IMG/VR virus record: IMGVR_UViG_3300036770_003943
Span: 124,001 to 188,000 of that record
Strand: one strand, 5' to 3'
Length of the DNA stretch: 64,000 nucleotides
The translations under genes and the position numbers were made by a program. Of this stretch, positions 1-10,128 are shown piece after piece; within the stretch, counting starts at the first letter, position 1; the number at the start of each line of letters is the position of its first letter. A model generated the notes under the pieces. It searched no databases. It worked only from the letters and a program-made list of their open reading frames with translations, and had not been told where the DNA came from.

Positions 1-871
1 GATTTAGCTTCCTACAATTGCTAGTATGCTGCGCTAGATCCTTATTATACTGCTTTAGTTCTTTTTCAGTTTGTTGCCATTTAGTTAATAGCTTATGATT
101 TTCAAGTTCTTGTTGAATGTCGATGTTTAATAGTTCGTTTATAGTAGCTTCAAGTTTTTCAATATCTTCTTCCTGTTTGGCCTGCCAAAGACGACTACGA
201 CGTTCGAGATCCTCAATAGATTTTTTAACTTTATTGTTTGCATCTGTTACTGCCTTTATTCGATATTCTTCTTCTTTAATTTGATCTTTGGTATTTTTGA
301 TTAGTTCTTTCAATAGGTCAGCCTTTTGACTTAACTGTGTTATACCTAAGAGTTGTTCAATAATGCTACGTTGATCATTTGTTTTTAGACTTAAAAAAGG
401 TTCAGTGTAGGTATTAAGAGCACAGATGTGCTTGAACATGTCATGACCTACTCCTAGTAAACGCTCAATTTCAGCCTGAGTTTCTCTATTTTCTCCCTGC
501 TGTTCCTCGGTTTCTTCTTTATTGTATTCTTTATTATCCATAATAAAACGTAATACATTAGGTTTGCGTCCACGTTCTATTTTGTAGCTATGACCATTTG
601 ATTCTAGTTCACAGGTAACTAACATGTTTTTATTATTGGTCTTATTAATGAGATTATCTTTTTTAATGTTAGTCAAGGCGTTGCCATATAGTACATAGCT
701 AAGAGCATTTACTATAGTAGTTTTGCCTGTGCCATTGCGACTACCATCTCCACCTAGGTCGAGATTATTGCCTAACACCAATGTTAGGCCGCTTTGATCA
801 AACTTCAAAGCCTGGGTTACATTGCCCACAGAAAGAAAGTTACGTACTGTTAAGTTTTTTATACGGATCAT
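1..871 (-). CDS. gp46: Rad50/SbcC-like recombination ATPase (T4 gp46-like), N-terminal part; runs off the left edge
   Basis: Not in the ORF track; translated by hand from ATG at 871: MIRIKNLTVRNFLSVGNVTQALKFDQSGLTLVLGNNLDLGGDGSRNGTGKTTIVNALSYVLYG. Walker A GxNGxGKT, then coiled coil; directly downstream of gp47. Confidence 0.92.
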   Translation of the reverse strand, partial: MIRIKNLTVRNFLSVGNVTQALKFDQSGLTLVLGNNLDLGGDGSRNGTGKTTIVNALSYVLYGNALTNIKKDNLINKTNNKNMLVTCELESNGHSYKIERGRKPNVLRFIMDNKEYNKEETEEQQGENRETQAEIERLLGVGHDMFKHICALNTYTEPFLSLKTNDQRSIIEQLLGITQLSQKADLLKELIKNTKDQIKEEEYRIKAVTDANNKVKKSIEDLERRSRLWQAKQEEDIEKLEATINELLNIDIQQELENHKLLTKWQQTEKELKQYNKDLAQHTSNCRKLN

Positions 872-878
872 AATTTTA

Positions 879-1901
879 TTATACAGTAAGACTGTTGTAA
901 ATGTCAACGAGAATTTGACGATCGACTACATCGCTTTCGATAGAACTTAGTTGTTTTATGACTATTTGATCTACACTTTCAAAATGTATATCACCGCTCC
1001 AATCTTGTGCGTGTTCTTCTTGTTTGGATGGGATCAAACTGAGTTCTCGGAGATTAAATGTTTCCTGCCAAGTTTCTTTTAAAAAGTTAGCTTCTTCAAA
1101 ACTAATATCAGCGTCACAGGTTACACGAAGAAAAGTATTTTTATTCATATAACGATCAGGGTCTTCGATCAATTTTGTTAGATTAATTGTTTTAAAACTA
1201 GGAGCATCAGGCCATGCTATGTATTCGGGTTCTTTATCCCATTCAAATATCATCATACCACGATTGTCATCCCACGCATCGGCATAATTATGGGGGAAAG
1301 CATTGCCTATATAGTGAACATTGCCTCTCTGCTGCCTTAGGTGAAAGTGTCCACTGAATACATATTCTTGATTAGGAAAATGATTAGAATTTAGGCCACC
1401 ATGATCAGGCATTTCTACCATGGCATTCATTTTAAAACTAGGTAGTTCAAAGTGTCCAAAAACATAACGACTGTCTAGTCGAGACATTTTAGTCCATTCA
1501 TCGCTTACAAGCCAAGGAACAAGACTAACCCCACCTTCAGAGTAGATTTCGTTTACCAAAACTACGTTATTTAAATGTCTAATAAACGGTAAACTATTTA
1601 AATCACGACGTTCTCGATAGTATAAGTCATGGTTACCAGGAATGAAAAAGAAACGCTCGAAGTGTTGACTAATATACTCTATGGCGTTAACAGTGTAATT
1701 CAGTGTACTGACGTTGACAGTGGCACGATGGTGATGCCAATCCCCTTGAAATATAGCAGTGTCGCAATCATGTTTATTAGCAGTTTCACAGAACCATTTA
1801 ACGAACTCCATACAGTCGTCGTTATGTGCTTTACTGTTTTGACGCATGCCAAAATGTATATCTGTAAATACTGCAGCTCGTTTAAACAATTGACTCATCA
1901 A
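879..1901 (-). CDS. gp47: Mre11/SbcD-like nuclease (T4 gp47-like)
   Basis: Metallophosphoesterase motifs DIH, GDWHH, GNHD, GHFE, GHFH; paired with gp46. Confidence 0.93.
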   Translation of the reverse strand: MMSQLFKRAAVFTDIHFGMRQNSKAHNDDCMEFVKWFCETANKHDCDTAIFQGDWHHHRATVNVSTLNYTVNAIEYISQHFERFFFIPGNHDLYYRERRDLNSLPFIRHLNNVVLVNEIYSEGGVSLVPWLVSDEWTKMSRLDSRYVFGHFELPSFKMNAMVEMPDHGGLNSNHFPNQEYVFSGHFHLRQQRGNVHYIGNAFPHNYADAWDDNRGMMIFEWDKEPEYIAWPDAPSFKTINLTKLIEDPDRYMNKNTFLRVTCDADISFEEANFLKETWQETFNLRELSLIPSKQEEHAQDWSGDIHFESVDQIVIKQLSSIESDVVDRQILVDIYNSLTV

Positions 1902-2755
1902 TAATCCTCTGTCTTTAGATTGGCTATACGTTCTCTTTCGTCACGCATCATGGCTTCGTGTTCGAATTGACGAGTAAAGCTGGGGTTGCTTCCTAGTTCA
2001 ATTAATAGGTCATCTCGTATCATTTGATTTTTCTTTTCTATATTAAGTATACGAGTAAAACTGTTATCAATAGCAGCAGTGTAGTAGGCAAATGGGTTTT
2101 GACTTTTCGATTCGTCAAACTGTAGTCCAATTTGACTCAATTGTAATAGTGCTTGACTACGCATTTCGTCTACATAGGTATAGCCGCGCCAGTTGAACCT
2201 CATACTATATCTTTCAACTAACATCATAAAACTACGAGCTAGTTTTGGAGTCATTTGCCCGTCTAGATTAAAGCGTCCTGTTGCTAGATCTCCGCGCCAA
2301 TGACTTTTACCTACACAAACTAGCTCATCATTATCATTAAACTTCCAATGTTGATAGGGAGGAAAATTTACTTTACAGTGATGATCTCCGCGACTCTTTG
2401 GTGTTTTTTTACGTCCCGGTTCCAGCGGAATATGATCGTGGGTCATGATTCTAAACACTACATCATTTTTAGATATCTTTTTATAGTCGATTTCGACATC
2501 AGCTAATCGTGATTTGGGATTAATTTTTTGAGCCTCGGCTAGCGCAATATGACTTAGTTTAATAGCTCTATTACGTTTGGCTTCAGCAATAGTGCGTATG
2601 TTAATTTTGCTAACATCAGCTAATATCAAATCATAATCACTGTATTCAGGTTGCGAATAACTGCTATATCTGTTTTTACTTAGGTGAATCTCTTTGAGTA
2701 ACTCTTTGTTAGTCAAATATTGTTTGGCTTGTGTTGTGGTGGTCATAGTAGGCAT
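1898..2755 (-). CDS. gp55: Late-transcription sigma factor, T4 gp55-like, with a large internal insertion
   Basis: YLTNKELL and RFNWRGYT..DEM...QFDESKSQNPFAYYT..NSF match gp55 blocks (YVNNKELL, RFNFSGYT, NFDETKYKNPHAYIT); located next to gp47/gp46 as in T4-like phages. Confidence 0.85.
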   Translation of the reverse strand: MPTMTTTTQAKQYLTNKELLKEIHLSKNRYSSYSQPEYSDYDLILADVSKINIRTIAEAKRNRAIKLSHIALAEAQKINPKSRLADVEIDYKKISKNDVVFRIMTHDHIPLEPGRKKTPKSRGDHHCKVNFPPYQHWKFNDNDELVCVGKSHWRGDLATGRFNLDGQMTPKLARSFMMLVERYSMRFNWRGYTYVDEMRSQALLQLSQIGLQFDESKSQNPFAYYTAAIDNSFTRILNIEKKNQMIRDDLLIELGSNPSFTRQFEHEAMMRDERERIANLKTEDY

Positions 2756-2784
2756 ATTTTAACATTTCCTTGTGGTAAAGTCAA
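2756..2784 (-). promoter_or_regulatory. sigma70-type promoter for the gp55-gp47-gp46 unit
   Basis: Minus strand TTGACT-17 nt-TAAAAT immediately before the first ATG. Confidence 0.55.
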
Positions 2785-2818
2785 TACTGAATAATTAAAA
2801 CTATACATTATTGTACGA

Positions 2819-2824
2819 TAAATA
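2819..2824 (+). promoter_or_regulatory. Putative late promoter (TAAATA, T4 TATAAATA-like)
   Basis: TAAATA followed by exactly 5 nt and the ATG at 2830. Confidence 0.6.
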
Positions 2825-2829
2825 TCATT

Positions 2830-3498
2830 ATGAGTGTATATTTACAGCCCAGAAATCCAGTAGGTAACTTAAGGAAACTAGAATTTCCTTATGTGCCTCA
2901 AATTGACTATAGTAATGACGTAAAGTATGATGCGTACAATTTAGTTCATACCAATTATCAACCATATGCTTATAGTAAAACAGAAAACCCTCAAATTAAT
3001 CTACAGGCCAAGTTCAGTGCTCATACCACTGAACACTTCAAATTGAGTGAATTTGCTTTGAGATTTCTTAGAACCTACACTAAAATGAACTATGGTAGAG
3101 AAGATGACCGTCGTGGACAACCTCCAAGAATACTTCGATTTTATGCTCACGGTACTCAGATATTCCATAATATACCTGTGGTGATTAGCAAATTTGGTGT
3201 AACCTTTCCTGAAGATGTAGACTATTACAAAGGCATATTTGATTCTAGCAGTAAGGTTACTAAAACTGAAGAAGTTGACTCAAAAAGAATTGCCACAAAC
3301 AGCGAGCCTAAAATGAGTGCCGAATCAGTTCCTCCTACTGTGGTAAATGGGGAGCCTCAAAATTCAATACTATATTTACCGGCAATATTTACTATTAATA
3401 TTAGTCTTTTGGTCCAGCAAAATATCTATAAAACAGTGAATCAATTTACCCTAGAAAACTTTGCTCAAGGCAAGCTATATAAGGATGGATATATCTGA
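2830..3498 (+). CDS. Putative baseplate/tail-tube initiator protein (gp48/gp54-like)
   Basis: FPYVPQIDYS...HTNYQPYAY...INLQAKF and PPRILRFYAHG..FHNIPVVIS pattern; first gene of the baseplate operon. Confidence 0.55.
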   Translation: MSVYLQPRNPVGNLRKLEFPYVPQIDYSNDVKYDAYNLVHTNYQPYAYSKTENPQINLQAKFSAHTTEHFKLSEFALRFLRTYTKMNYGREDDRRGQPPRILRFYAHGTQIFHNIPVVISKFGVTFPEDVDYYKGIFDSSSKVTKTEEVDSKRIATNSEPKMSAESVPPTVVNGEPQNSILYLPAIFTINISLLVQQNIYKTVNQFTLENFAQGKLYKDGYI

Positions 3499-3818
3499 TG
3501 GCTAAGAAAAGTCTAGCTAACCTTTATGATCAGCGTAGCTTTTTAAGGAATACTGGTCTTAGAAATAATTATCTTGGCAGCAGTAGATTACCAAGTCTAG
3601 ATACTAGTAAAGGTCAATATATTCAAGTACCAGTCGAGTGCGATAATAGAATGGATTTATTCAGTTATCAACAATACGGATCTAGTAGATTATGGTGGCT
3701 TATAGCAATAGCCAATGCCGATGTGATAAAAGATCCAATTTGGGACTTTCGGGCAGGCTTGTATGTTTTTGTTCCTGAAAACAGTGATCTATTAGAAAAA
3801 CTTGCCGAGGTTAACTGA
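3498..3818 (+). CDS. Baseplate wedge protein, gp53/LysM-like
   Basis: R.DLFSYQQYGSSRLWWLIAIAN...DP.WDF.AG...VP is the LysM-like gp53 pattern. Confidence 0.7.
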   Translation: MAKKSLANLYDQRSFLRNTGLRNNYLGSSRLPSLDTSKGQYIQVPVECDNRMDLFSYQQYGSSRLWWLIAIANADVIKDPIWDFRAGLYVFVPENSDLLEKLAEVN

Positions 3819-4537
3819 TGTCTTATAGTCCGCCTAATTCAGGATGTAGAACACCTAGTCCTGGCGGAGGAGAATTTGGTGCCTCTAGATTACGTATAAC
3901 CGGACCTGGAAAACACGATGGGTTAGACTTTACTACTCCAATTGGCACACCTCTTTACAATAAAACTCCGATGACTGTACAAAAAGTCAGTAACAAAATT
4001 AATGATGCTAGCGGAAAATATATGATCCTAAGAGACAGTTATGGTTCTGATTATGTTTACGCACACCTAGATAAAATTCCACCAGGTGTTAAGCAAGGTC
4101 AAAGTCTACCACCAGGAACTCTATTTGGCTATACTGGAAACAGTGGATTAAAGCCCGCTGGATCAGGCCCCGGACGAGTTGGTTACGCTCCTCATTTACA
4201 TTTTGAAGCGTGGCCTAATGGCTGGAAAAATGGCAAGGCATCTAACCCTGAAAATACAAACCCCAATACCGGAGCTCCGTATTGGGCTAACACAACCTAT
4301 AATCTAGACCAAGCAGGCAATCCAGTAAACGATTTAAGATATGGATGTGCGGGGAAAAATCCTAATGCTAAACCAAATACTCCTCCGCCTCCTACACGAG
4401 CTCCTACACCACCCAGACCTATACCAGATGAAAGAGTAGGCAATAACAGGCCTGATCAACAGGCACCAGTATCGGTACCAAGAGCACCAGCTGGCATATT
4501 AATAAACCCAAGGCATAAAATACATGATGGCGGATAA
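3818..4537 (+). CDS. M23 family Zn-metallopeptidase with Pro-rich C-terminal tail (putative tail-associated peptidoglycan endopeptidase)
   Basis: HDGLD (HxxxD), YAHL, GYTGNSG and PHLHFE (HxH) motifs are intact. Confidence 0.85.
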   Translation: MSYSPPNSGCRTPSPGGGEFGASRLRITGPGKHDGLDFTTPIGTPLYNKTPMTVQKVSNKINDASGKYMILRDSYGSDYVYAHLDKIPPGVKQGQSLPPGTLFGYTGNSGLKPAGSGPGRVGYAPHLHFEAWPNGWKNGKASNPENTNPNTGAPYWANTTYNLDQAGNPVNDLRYGCAGKNPNAKPNTPPPPTRAPTPPRPIPDERVGNNRPDQQAPVSVPRAPAGILINPRHKIHDGG

Positions 4538-4539
4538 CA

Positions 4540-6948
4540 ATGGCTGATACCTACTACGCAAGATTGTCAATGGTACATCCTCAAATGGTCAATAGATTAG
4601 ATCCTAGACTAGGACTTGTCATTTCCGAAACAGCTACCAGTGGCAGATTTATCATAGCTGATATTGATTGGGAAACTACAGTTAGTCCTAATGCTTTGAC
4701 CAGCGTGGCGTACAATGCTACTGGAAATATAAAAATTTATGAACCTTTAGGTATGGGCTTATTTGATTATATCAGAGCAGGAGCATATGAGTTAGGCATG
4801 AATAATCATCTAGATGCTAGATTTCTATTAGAGATAGAAATACTAGGAGAAAACGTGCCTAAAGAAGGTACTGACTTGAAATACATTTGGCCTATAATGT
4901 TGATAAGCACTGAAGTAAAAGGAAGTGTAAATGAAAAAGGTACAGAGTATAACTTAAAATTTATACACAGCGGGCATCATACCCAGACTGATTTGGTTCA
5001 GCCTGCCAAAGACACTACCAAAATCAGTGCCGGCACTCTCGGTGAGTATTTTGATAAACTACAAATCGAATTAGAACATAAAGAATTTTTGTATGCCGAA
5101 GCTAGACAAAAGGCAGGCGGTAAGGTAAAAGCCGGAGGATCTAATCCCGCTAGTAGTGATCAATATCATGATGAGTATCACTTTATTTTAGAGCCTGAGT
5201 TAAAAAAGTTTACCTTTACCAGTAAAGGAAAAAGCGACCCGGGTATACAAGAAGCATGGTTTGCTAATTTGTTTAGAGGTAATGGCAACAAAGTGTTTAA
5301 TATTACAATGAGACCAGGCACTACTTTGATTCAACAAATCAATAAGGTATTACAAAGTACTAACGAAATAAGCAGTTTACTACCTGGTAAAGATCGTCCG
5401 CAAACTGCCGCAGCACAAGGCAGCAGTCAAACTAACAGAGACAATCTCAAAAGTCAACTAGAAAAACCCTATCAATTTTTTAGAATAGAAACATTTACAG
5501 TTTACAAGGCCTATGACTATATTCGAGGTCGATATGCGGTAAAACATGTGTTTCTTATCTATCTAGCTGATCAGCCTAACATGTATAACTATCCTGATGA
5601 GATTGATTTGTTTAATCAACTTAATAATAAAGACAAAGTGGTATCTAGACTTCGATATTACATACAAGAAGGACTATTACGTAAGGTATACTATCACAAC
5701 TATACTGGATTAAACACAGATGTTTTGCGAGTGGATTTAAGTTTTAATCAAGCATACAGCTTGCCTAGCTTTCCTGTGATATGGTCGGATCGAGGTGAAA
5801 CTAGCGAAGGGTCAATGACACCAGCTAACTTTGGTCGAAGAGTTAGTCCTTTCGTCGGAGATAATGCTAGAGAAGCTGTACTAGAAATTAGACGTAATCA
5901 AAAAGCTAGTTTATTTTATAATCAAAGGCTATCAGAAGTAATTAAAATTAATTCTAAAAATATTCCTTTTCTACAAGGAAAATCAGTAGGTGATGTTGAA
6001 AAAATGATTGCTAATAGAGACAGCCGTCTCAGTCGTTATCCAGGATTTGTCAATGAATATAACGAAATTAAACGTGCCAGTGATTATTTTGCTTCGTTAG
6101 CTGATGAAAGACAAAAAGAATTAGACTCGACTGGAATGAGCCAGCAAAAAAATGTAAACACTATAAACAATCGTAGTGAATTATTAGTTCAGTTGAAAGA
6201 TAGATATTTGGAAGACATAACCGGGGAAGATTTTAAAGCCATACTAGAAGATTATATTAAAGCGGAATATCCTGGCCTAAGACCAAGGATGGAACCTGAT
6301 GCTATTGCTGACTATATTGACATTGCTAAAAGCGAAAATGAAAGAATGATGGAAAAAGTGTTTAGCGTGTTATTAAGCCCGCGGGATATCGTCGAGTTAG
6401 ACATGGAAATATTCGGAGACCCGTACTGGCTTTGCGTACCAAATATTATGAGTCAAGGTAGCCAAACACTAGATCGCATACAATTAAGTGCTAAAAATGA
6501 ACAAAGTGTAAAAGAAGAATTAAACAACAAAATGATTCAAATTGATCCTGATTGGTCTAATAGACAACCAACATGGGGCACTTACGGGGGCGCACAAATC
6601 TATAAAGGCAGTCCACTGTTTTATTTTACAAGTCAAATTCCCGAACCAAATTTTACTGCTGATGATCTGTTAACGTACACTCCGGGAGATCAAGTTGTAG
6701 GAATTTATCTTGTTAGATCTGTGATAAATGAATTCAAGGATGGAAAATGGACACAAAAATTACGCTCAGTCAAAGATATTACTATTCCCAGTCATGTTTT
6801 GCCTCGAGGTACTATTGGCACTCAAACTTTCGAAGAATACGTATCGTCAGTGATTGAAAGTCTAGATAGGGAATCTGAAAACGCACAAGAGAGGAAAGAA
6901 AACCTTGAAGCTGAAAGACAACGGCAAAAAACAGACAATGGTTTATAA
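4540..6948 (+). CDS. Putative baseplate hub protein
   Basis: 802 aa between M23 and the gp5-like spike; C-terminal 'ELDMEIFGDPYWL' and 'GIYLVRSVINEFKDGKWTQKL' resemble hub (gp27/gpD-like) proteins. Confidence 0.5.
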   Translation: MADTYYARLSMVHPQMVNRLDPRLGLVISETATSGRFIIADIDWETTVSPNALTSVAYNATGNIKIYEPLGMGLFDYIRAGAYELGMNNHLDARFLLEIEILGENVPKEGTDLKYIWPIMLISTEVKGSVNEKGTEYNLKFIHSGHHTQTDLVQPAKDTTKISAGTLGEYFDKLQIELEHKEFLYAEARQKAGGKVKAGGSNPASSDQYHDEYHFILEPELKKFTFTSKGKSDPGIQEAWFANLFRGNGNKVFNITMRPGTTLIQQINKVLQSTNEISSLLPGKDRPQTAAAQGSSQTNRDNLKSQLEKPYQFFRIETFTVYKAYDYIRGRYAVKHVFLIYLADQPNMYNYPDEIDLFNQLNNKDKVVSRLRYYIQEGLLRKVYYHNYTGLNTDVLRVDLSFNQAYSLPSFPVIWSDRGETSEGSMTPANFGRRVSPFVGDNAREAVLEIRRNQKASLFYNQRLSEVIKINSKNIPFLQGKSVGDVEKMIANRDSRLSRYPGFVNEYNEIKRASDYFASLADERQKELDSTGMSQQKNVNTINNRSELLVQLKDRYLEDITGEDFKAILEDYIKAEYPGLRPRMEPDAIADYIDIAKSENERMMEKVFSVLLSPRDIVELDMEIFGDPYWLCVPNIMSQGSQTLDRIQLSAKNEQSVKEELNNKMIQIDPDWSNRQPTWGTYGGAQIYKGSPLFYFTSQIPEPNFTADDLLTYTPGDQVVGIYLVRSVINEFKDGKWTQKLRSVKDITIPSHVLPRGTIGTQTFEEYVSSVIESLDRESENAQERKENLEAERQRQKTDNGL

Positions 6949-6962
6949 ATGGAGAATGTACG

Positions 6963-9308
6963 ATGAGTAGAGTAGGAAATCCATACGGACAAAAAAGAGT
7001 ACCTCGTGCCTATGACACGGGAGATTTTTCTCAAGGTCTAGCTCCAAGTCAAGGCATATTTATAGGTGTTGTAAAAAAGAATGATGATCCTCAACGCATG
7101 GGTAGGCTACAAGTATGGATCGAAGATTTTCACGGCGATCCCGATGATGAATCTAGTTGGATCAGTGTAAATTATGCTAGCCCTTTCGCAGGAACTACTA
7201 GCTTATATGATCAAGGTGCTAATGTAACAGAATATGATGATACTATCAAAAGCTATGGCTGGTGGGCAGTACCGCCTGATATTGACGCCAGGGTTCTAGT
7301 TGGCTTTGCTGGAGGTAAGCTAGATTTAGGTTATTGGTTTGCCTGTTTATATCAACGTGGTACACAGGTTACAGTACCTGGAATTCCAGCTCTTAAGACT
7401 TATGCCGGAGAAAATATACCAGCAGCACCTAAAAATAAAAGAGATCTTGATCAAGATCAAGACAAATATGTAGAACATAAACCCATGAGCAATGCTTTAA
7501 AAAAGCAAGGACTGGAAACAGACCGTCTAAGAGGTATTACTACTCACAGTGCTCTGAGAGAAAGTCCTAGTAAGGTGTTAGGTCTACTGACCCCGGGACA
7601 GCATCAATTTATTCTAGATGATGGAGATGCTCAAGGTAACAGCAAGTTAATCAGGTTGCGTACCACTAACGGCACGCAACTTTTATTAGATGATCAAGCT
7701 GGACATATTTACTTAATAAGCAAAAACGGAGAAAATTGGTTAGAATTAAGCGCAGATGGTCATGTACACTTGTATGCCAGTGGTGATATAAATGTACGCA
7801 GTCAAAACAATATAAACTTTTATGCCGATAATAATATTAATCTTGAAGCCGGCAATAGTGTAAATGTCAAAGCCCAAGGCAGCAATATCAATCTACAAGC
7901 AGGCACAGACGTAAACAGTTTTGCAGGTGGGACTACTAGGATTAGTAGCATAGAAACTAGTAATATCAATAGCGGAGTGGGTCATTTTGAAACTGCTGGT
8001 GTTATACATATGAACGGACCGACAGCAGAAATAGCCACTGGCATACAAACTTATCAGTTAGCCATTAACCAAGGTATAACAGAAAGTATTTGTAACACAG
8101 TACCAGAACACGAACCATGGCAAGGTCATAGCGGCCTTATTAATCCAGTTGGCTATGGTAATCAACAAATGAAAGAAGATCCTTCTCCTAGCCAACAACC
8201 AAGACAGCCTGAGCCAAGCGAATCTGGTAGTACCTTGATAACCAAAGAAGAACAAGGACCTACAGTTAATCTAACTCAAGCAAAAACATCAGATCAAGGA
8301 CGAGATTTAATTAAAGAACAAAATAGTTATAGCCCCGTCAACGTAAATGATAATGGAGTAAGTAGCGGAGGTTACGGAAGTGTGGTGATGAATCAAGAAG
8401 TTGAAACAACTACCACAGCTAAAGAATTGGCCAGTGCTAAAGGTACAGAAGCTGCTCAAAATTCTCCTTCGGTTGATGGTAAAACAAGAGGTTACGAAAC
8501 AGCCAATCAAGATAGTAAAGCAAGAATTAGTATTGACGAGAAAGCTCTTAAAGACTTTCAATCTGCGGTACAAGCAGCAGAAAATGCCTATAATCTAGAA
8601 AACATGGCACAAGGACAGATCGCAGCCGTGACTGGTGCTGATAAAAATTTACCCAAGTTAAGTTCAGCTGATAAAGTATTGGCGTCTAATTTAACTAGTT
8701 CGCTTAGTAACAGTGTAAAGTCTGGAGAGTTACTAGAAACATTAACTAAAGGTATTAGTGCCGACAAAGCTTCTAAACTTTTAAATACCGACTTGGCTAT
8801 CAATGAATCTGCTGTTAAGAATAGCCTTAGCAGTCTAGGTGTTCAAAAAATTCCACAGAATGTCTTTGACGGCTTGGTAAGTTTTCAAAATCAAACCGGA
8901 GATATAAATTATGCTTATGTTAACGGAGAAAAAATTGATTTGACTCAATTATATAGGTCTGGAGAATGGGATAGAGCTGCTGGATTTATTGCTGCTGATG
9001 AACGTGATAGGCCAAGACGAATAGCCGAAGCTACTTTAATGACTACTAATTCTTATGGAAATCCCCGTAGCGAAGATGATCTAGTTCAACAGGGCCTTAA
9101 CAGAGCTAATGAGCTTATTGCCAAAGGCAAACTTAATCAACAAACCGGCGCTCCTGCTACAGCACAACAAGCCTTAGCAGCAAGCTCAAGTTATTTTGAT
9201 CAAATCGGAAAAGTATTGCCGAATACTAAGTTTGTTTTCAATAATATAGTAACCAGTAATAGTTTGTTTAATAAGCTAAACAAACAACCGGGCCCATGGC
9301 CTTACTAA
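6963..9308 (+). CDS. Baseplate central spike (gp5/VgrG-like) with degenerate C-terminal GH24 lysozyme-like domain
   Basis: OB-fold start GVVKKNDDPQRMGRLQVWI, beta-repeat region, VPEHEPWQGH motif; later LIKEQNS..GGYG, IPQNVFDGLVSF and RRIAEA resemble phage lysozyme. Confidence 0.8.
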   Translation: MSRVGNPYGQKRVPRAYDTGDFSQGLAPSQGIFIGVVKKNDDPQRMGRLQVWIEDFHGDPDDESSWISVNYASPFAGTTSLYDQGANVTEYDDTIKSYGWWAVPPDIDARVLVGFAGGKLDLGYWFACLYQRGTQVTVPGIPALKTYAGENIPAAPKNKRDLDQDQDKYVEHKPMSNALKKQGLETDRLRGITTHSALRESPSKVLGLLTPGQHQFILDDGDAQGNSKLIRLRTTNGTQLLLDDQAGHIYLISKNGENWLELSADGHVHLYASGDINVRSQNNINFYADNNINLEAGNSVNVKAQGSNINLQAGTDVNSFAGGTTRISSIETSNINSGVGHFETAGVIHMNGPTAEIATGIQTYQLAINQGITESICNTVPEHEPWQGHSGLINPVGYGNQQMKEDPSPSQQPRQPEPSESGSTLITKEEQGPTVNLTQAKTSDQGRDLIKEQNSYSPVNVNDNGVSSGGYGSVVMNQEVETTTTAKELASAKGTEAAQNSPSVDGKTRGYETANQDSKARISIDEKALKDFQSAVQAAENAYNLENMAQGQIAAVTGADKNLPKLSSADKVLASNLTSSLSNSVKSGELLETLTKGISADKASKLLNTDLAINESAVKNSLSSLGVQKIPQNVFDGLVSFQNQTGDINYAYVNGEKIDLTQLYRSGEWDRAAGFIAADERDRPRRIAEATLMTTNSYGNPRSEDDLVQQGLNRANELIAKGKLNQQTGAPATAQQALAASSSYFDQIGKVLPNTKFVFNNIVTSNSLFNKLNKQPGPWPY

Positions 9309-9670
9309 ATTACAAAATTATTTAGAAACGGCGGCCGCCAACCTTCAGGCTTTAGTACTTTGCCATCCTCACGTTTGCGAACCTTGCCAGTAACTGGATC
9401 TACTTTAGCCATGTTAGTTCGCATGACTTCTTTCCAAGCCGCTTCTCCATCGGCACCCATGCTGTGAATAGCACCAATGGTAACAACTAGAATGTCAATG
9501 AGCGCATCCAGTGTTTCTACTCGATCATTATTATTAACGGCTTCTTTGAGTTCTTTTACTTCCTCGTCAATTAGGCTAGCATACATGACAAATTGCTGTA
9601 TGTTATATTCTTTAGTAGTTTGGTCGCAGGCTGTCATAAAGTCTGCTTGATCCTTAAAAGGGTTTGTCAT
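9305..9670 (-). CDS. MazG-like / HAD-associated nucleoside-triphosphate pyrophosphohydrolase
   Basis: LIDEEVKEL...E.LDALIDILVV..GA and KVRKREDGKVLKPEGW motifs. Confidence 0.85.
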   Translation of the reverse strand: MTNPFKDQADFMTACDQTTKEYNIQQFVMYASLIDEEVKELKEAVNNNDRVETLDALIDILVVTIGAIHSMGADGEAAWKEVMRTNMAKVDPVTGKVRKREDGKVLKPEGWRPPFLNNFVI

Positions 9671-9894
9671 AGTTTTAATGTTTCCATGAGTTGTTCTTCT
9701 GCGGTCATATAAGCCACAGGTTTAAGCCATCCTCGGTCTATACACTCTGAAATTACCATACGATATGATTGAGGACAGCCTGTACTGACTTCAAATCCAG
9801 CACGATGTGTCATTGTTAATCCGTCAATAATAGTAAACAAGGGATCGCCCTGTCGAATAGTTCGAATCTTACTTTGACGAGTAGTAATTTTCAT
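9667..9894 (-). CDS. Hypothetical protein (75 aa)
   Basis: ORF with overlapping start/stop coupling to both neighbours. Confidence 0.7.
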   Translation of the reverse strand: MKITTRQSKIRTIRQGDPLFTIIDGLTMTHRAGFEVSTGCPQSYRMVISECIDRGWLKPVAYMTAEEQLMETLKL

Positions 9895-10121
9895 TTCTTC
9901 ATCTGCTCCAACATGAATTCTTTGGCTTGATCTTCAAGTTGTTTTTCCTGTGCTGCTATCAAGACAGGAACCATGGTTTGAATAAGTTCACTCATTAGTC
10001 GTTCACCGTTTTCGGTAAGATGGCTGTAGCCTTTTATTGTACTGCGATGACAATAGATTCTATCATGGACAATATTACTCAGTGTTGATATTAAAACTTT
10101 GCCGACTTCATGTTCGTTCAT
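9891..10121 (-). CDS. Hypothetical protein; start placed at MNEHEV (10121) rather than 10241
   Basis: The later ATG removes the 113-nt overlap with the upstream ORF. Confidence 0.6.
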   Translation of the reverse strand: MNEHEVGKVLISTLSNIVHDRIYCHRSTIKGYSHLTENGERLMSELIQTMVPVLIAAQEKQLEDQAKEFMLEQMKK

Positions 10122-10128
10122 TCTGGTG

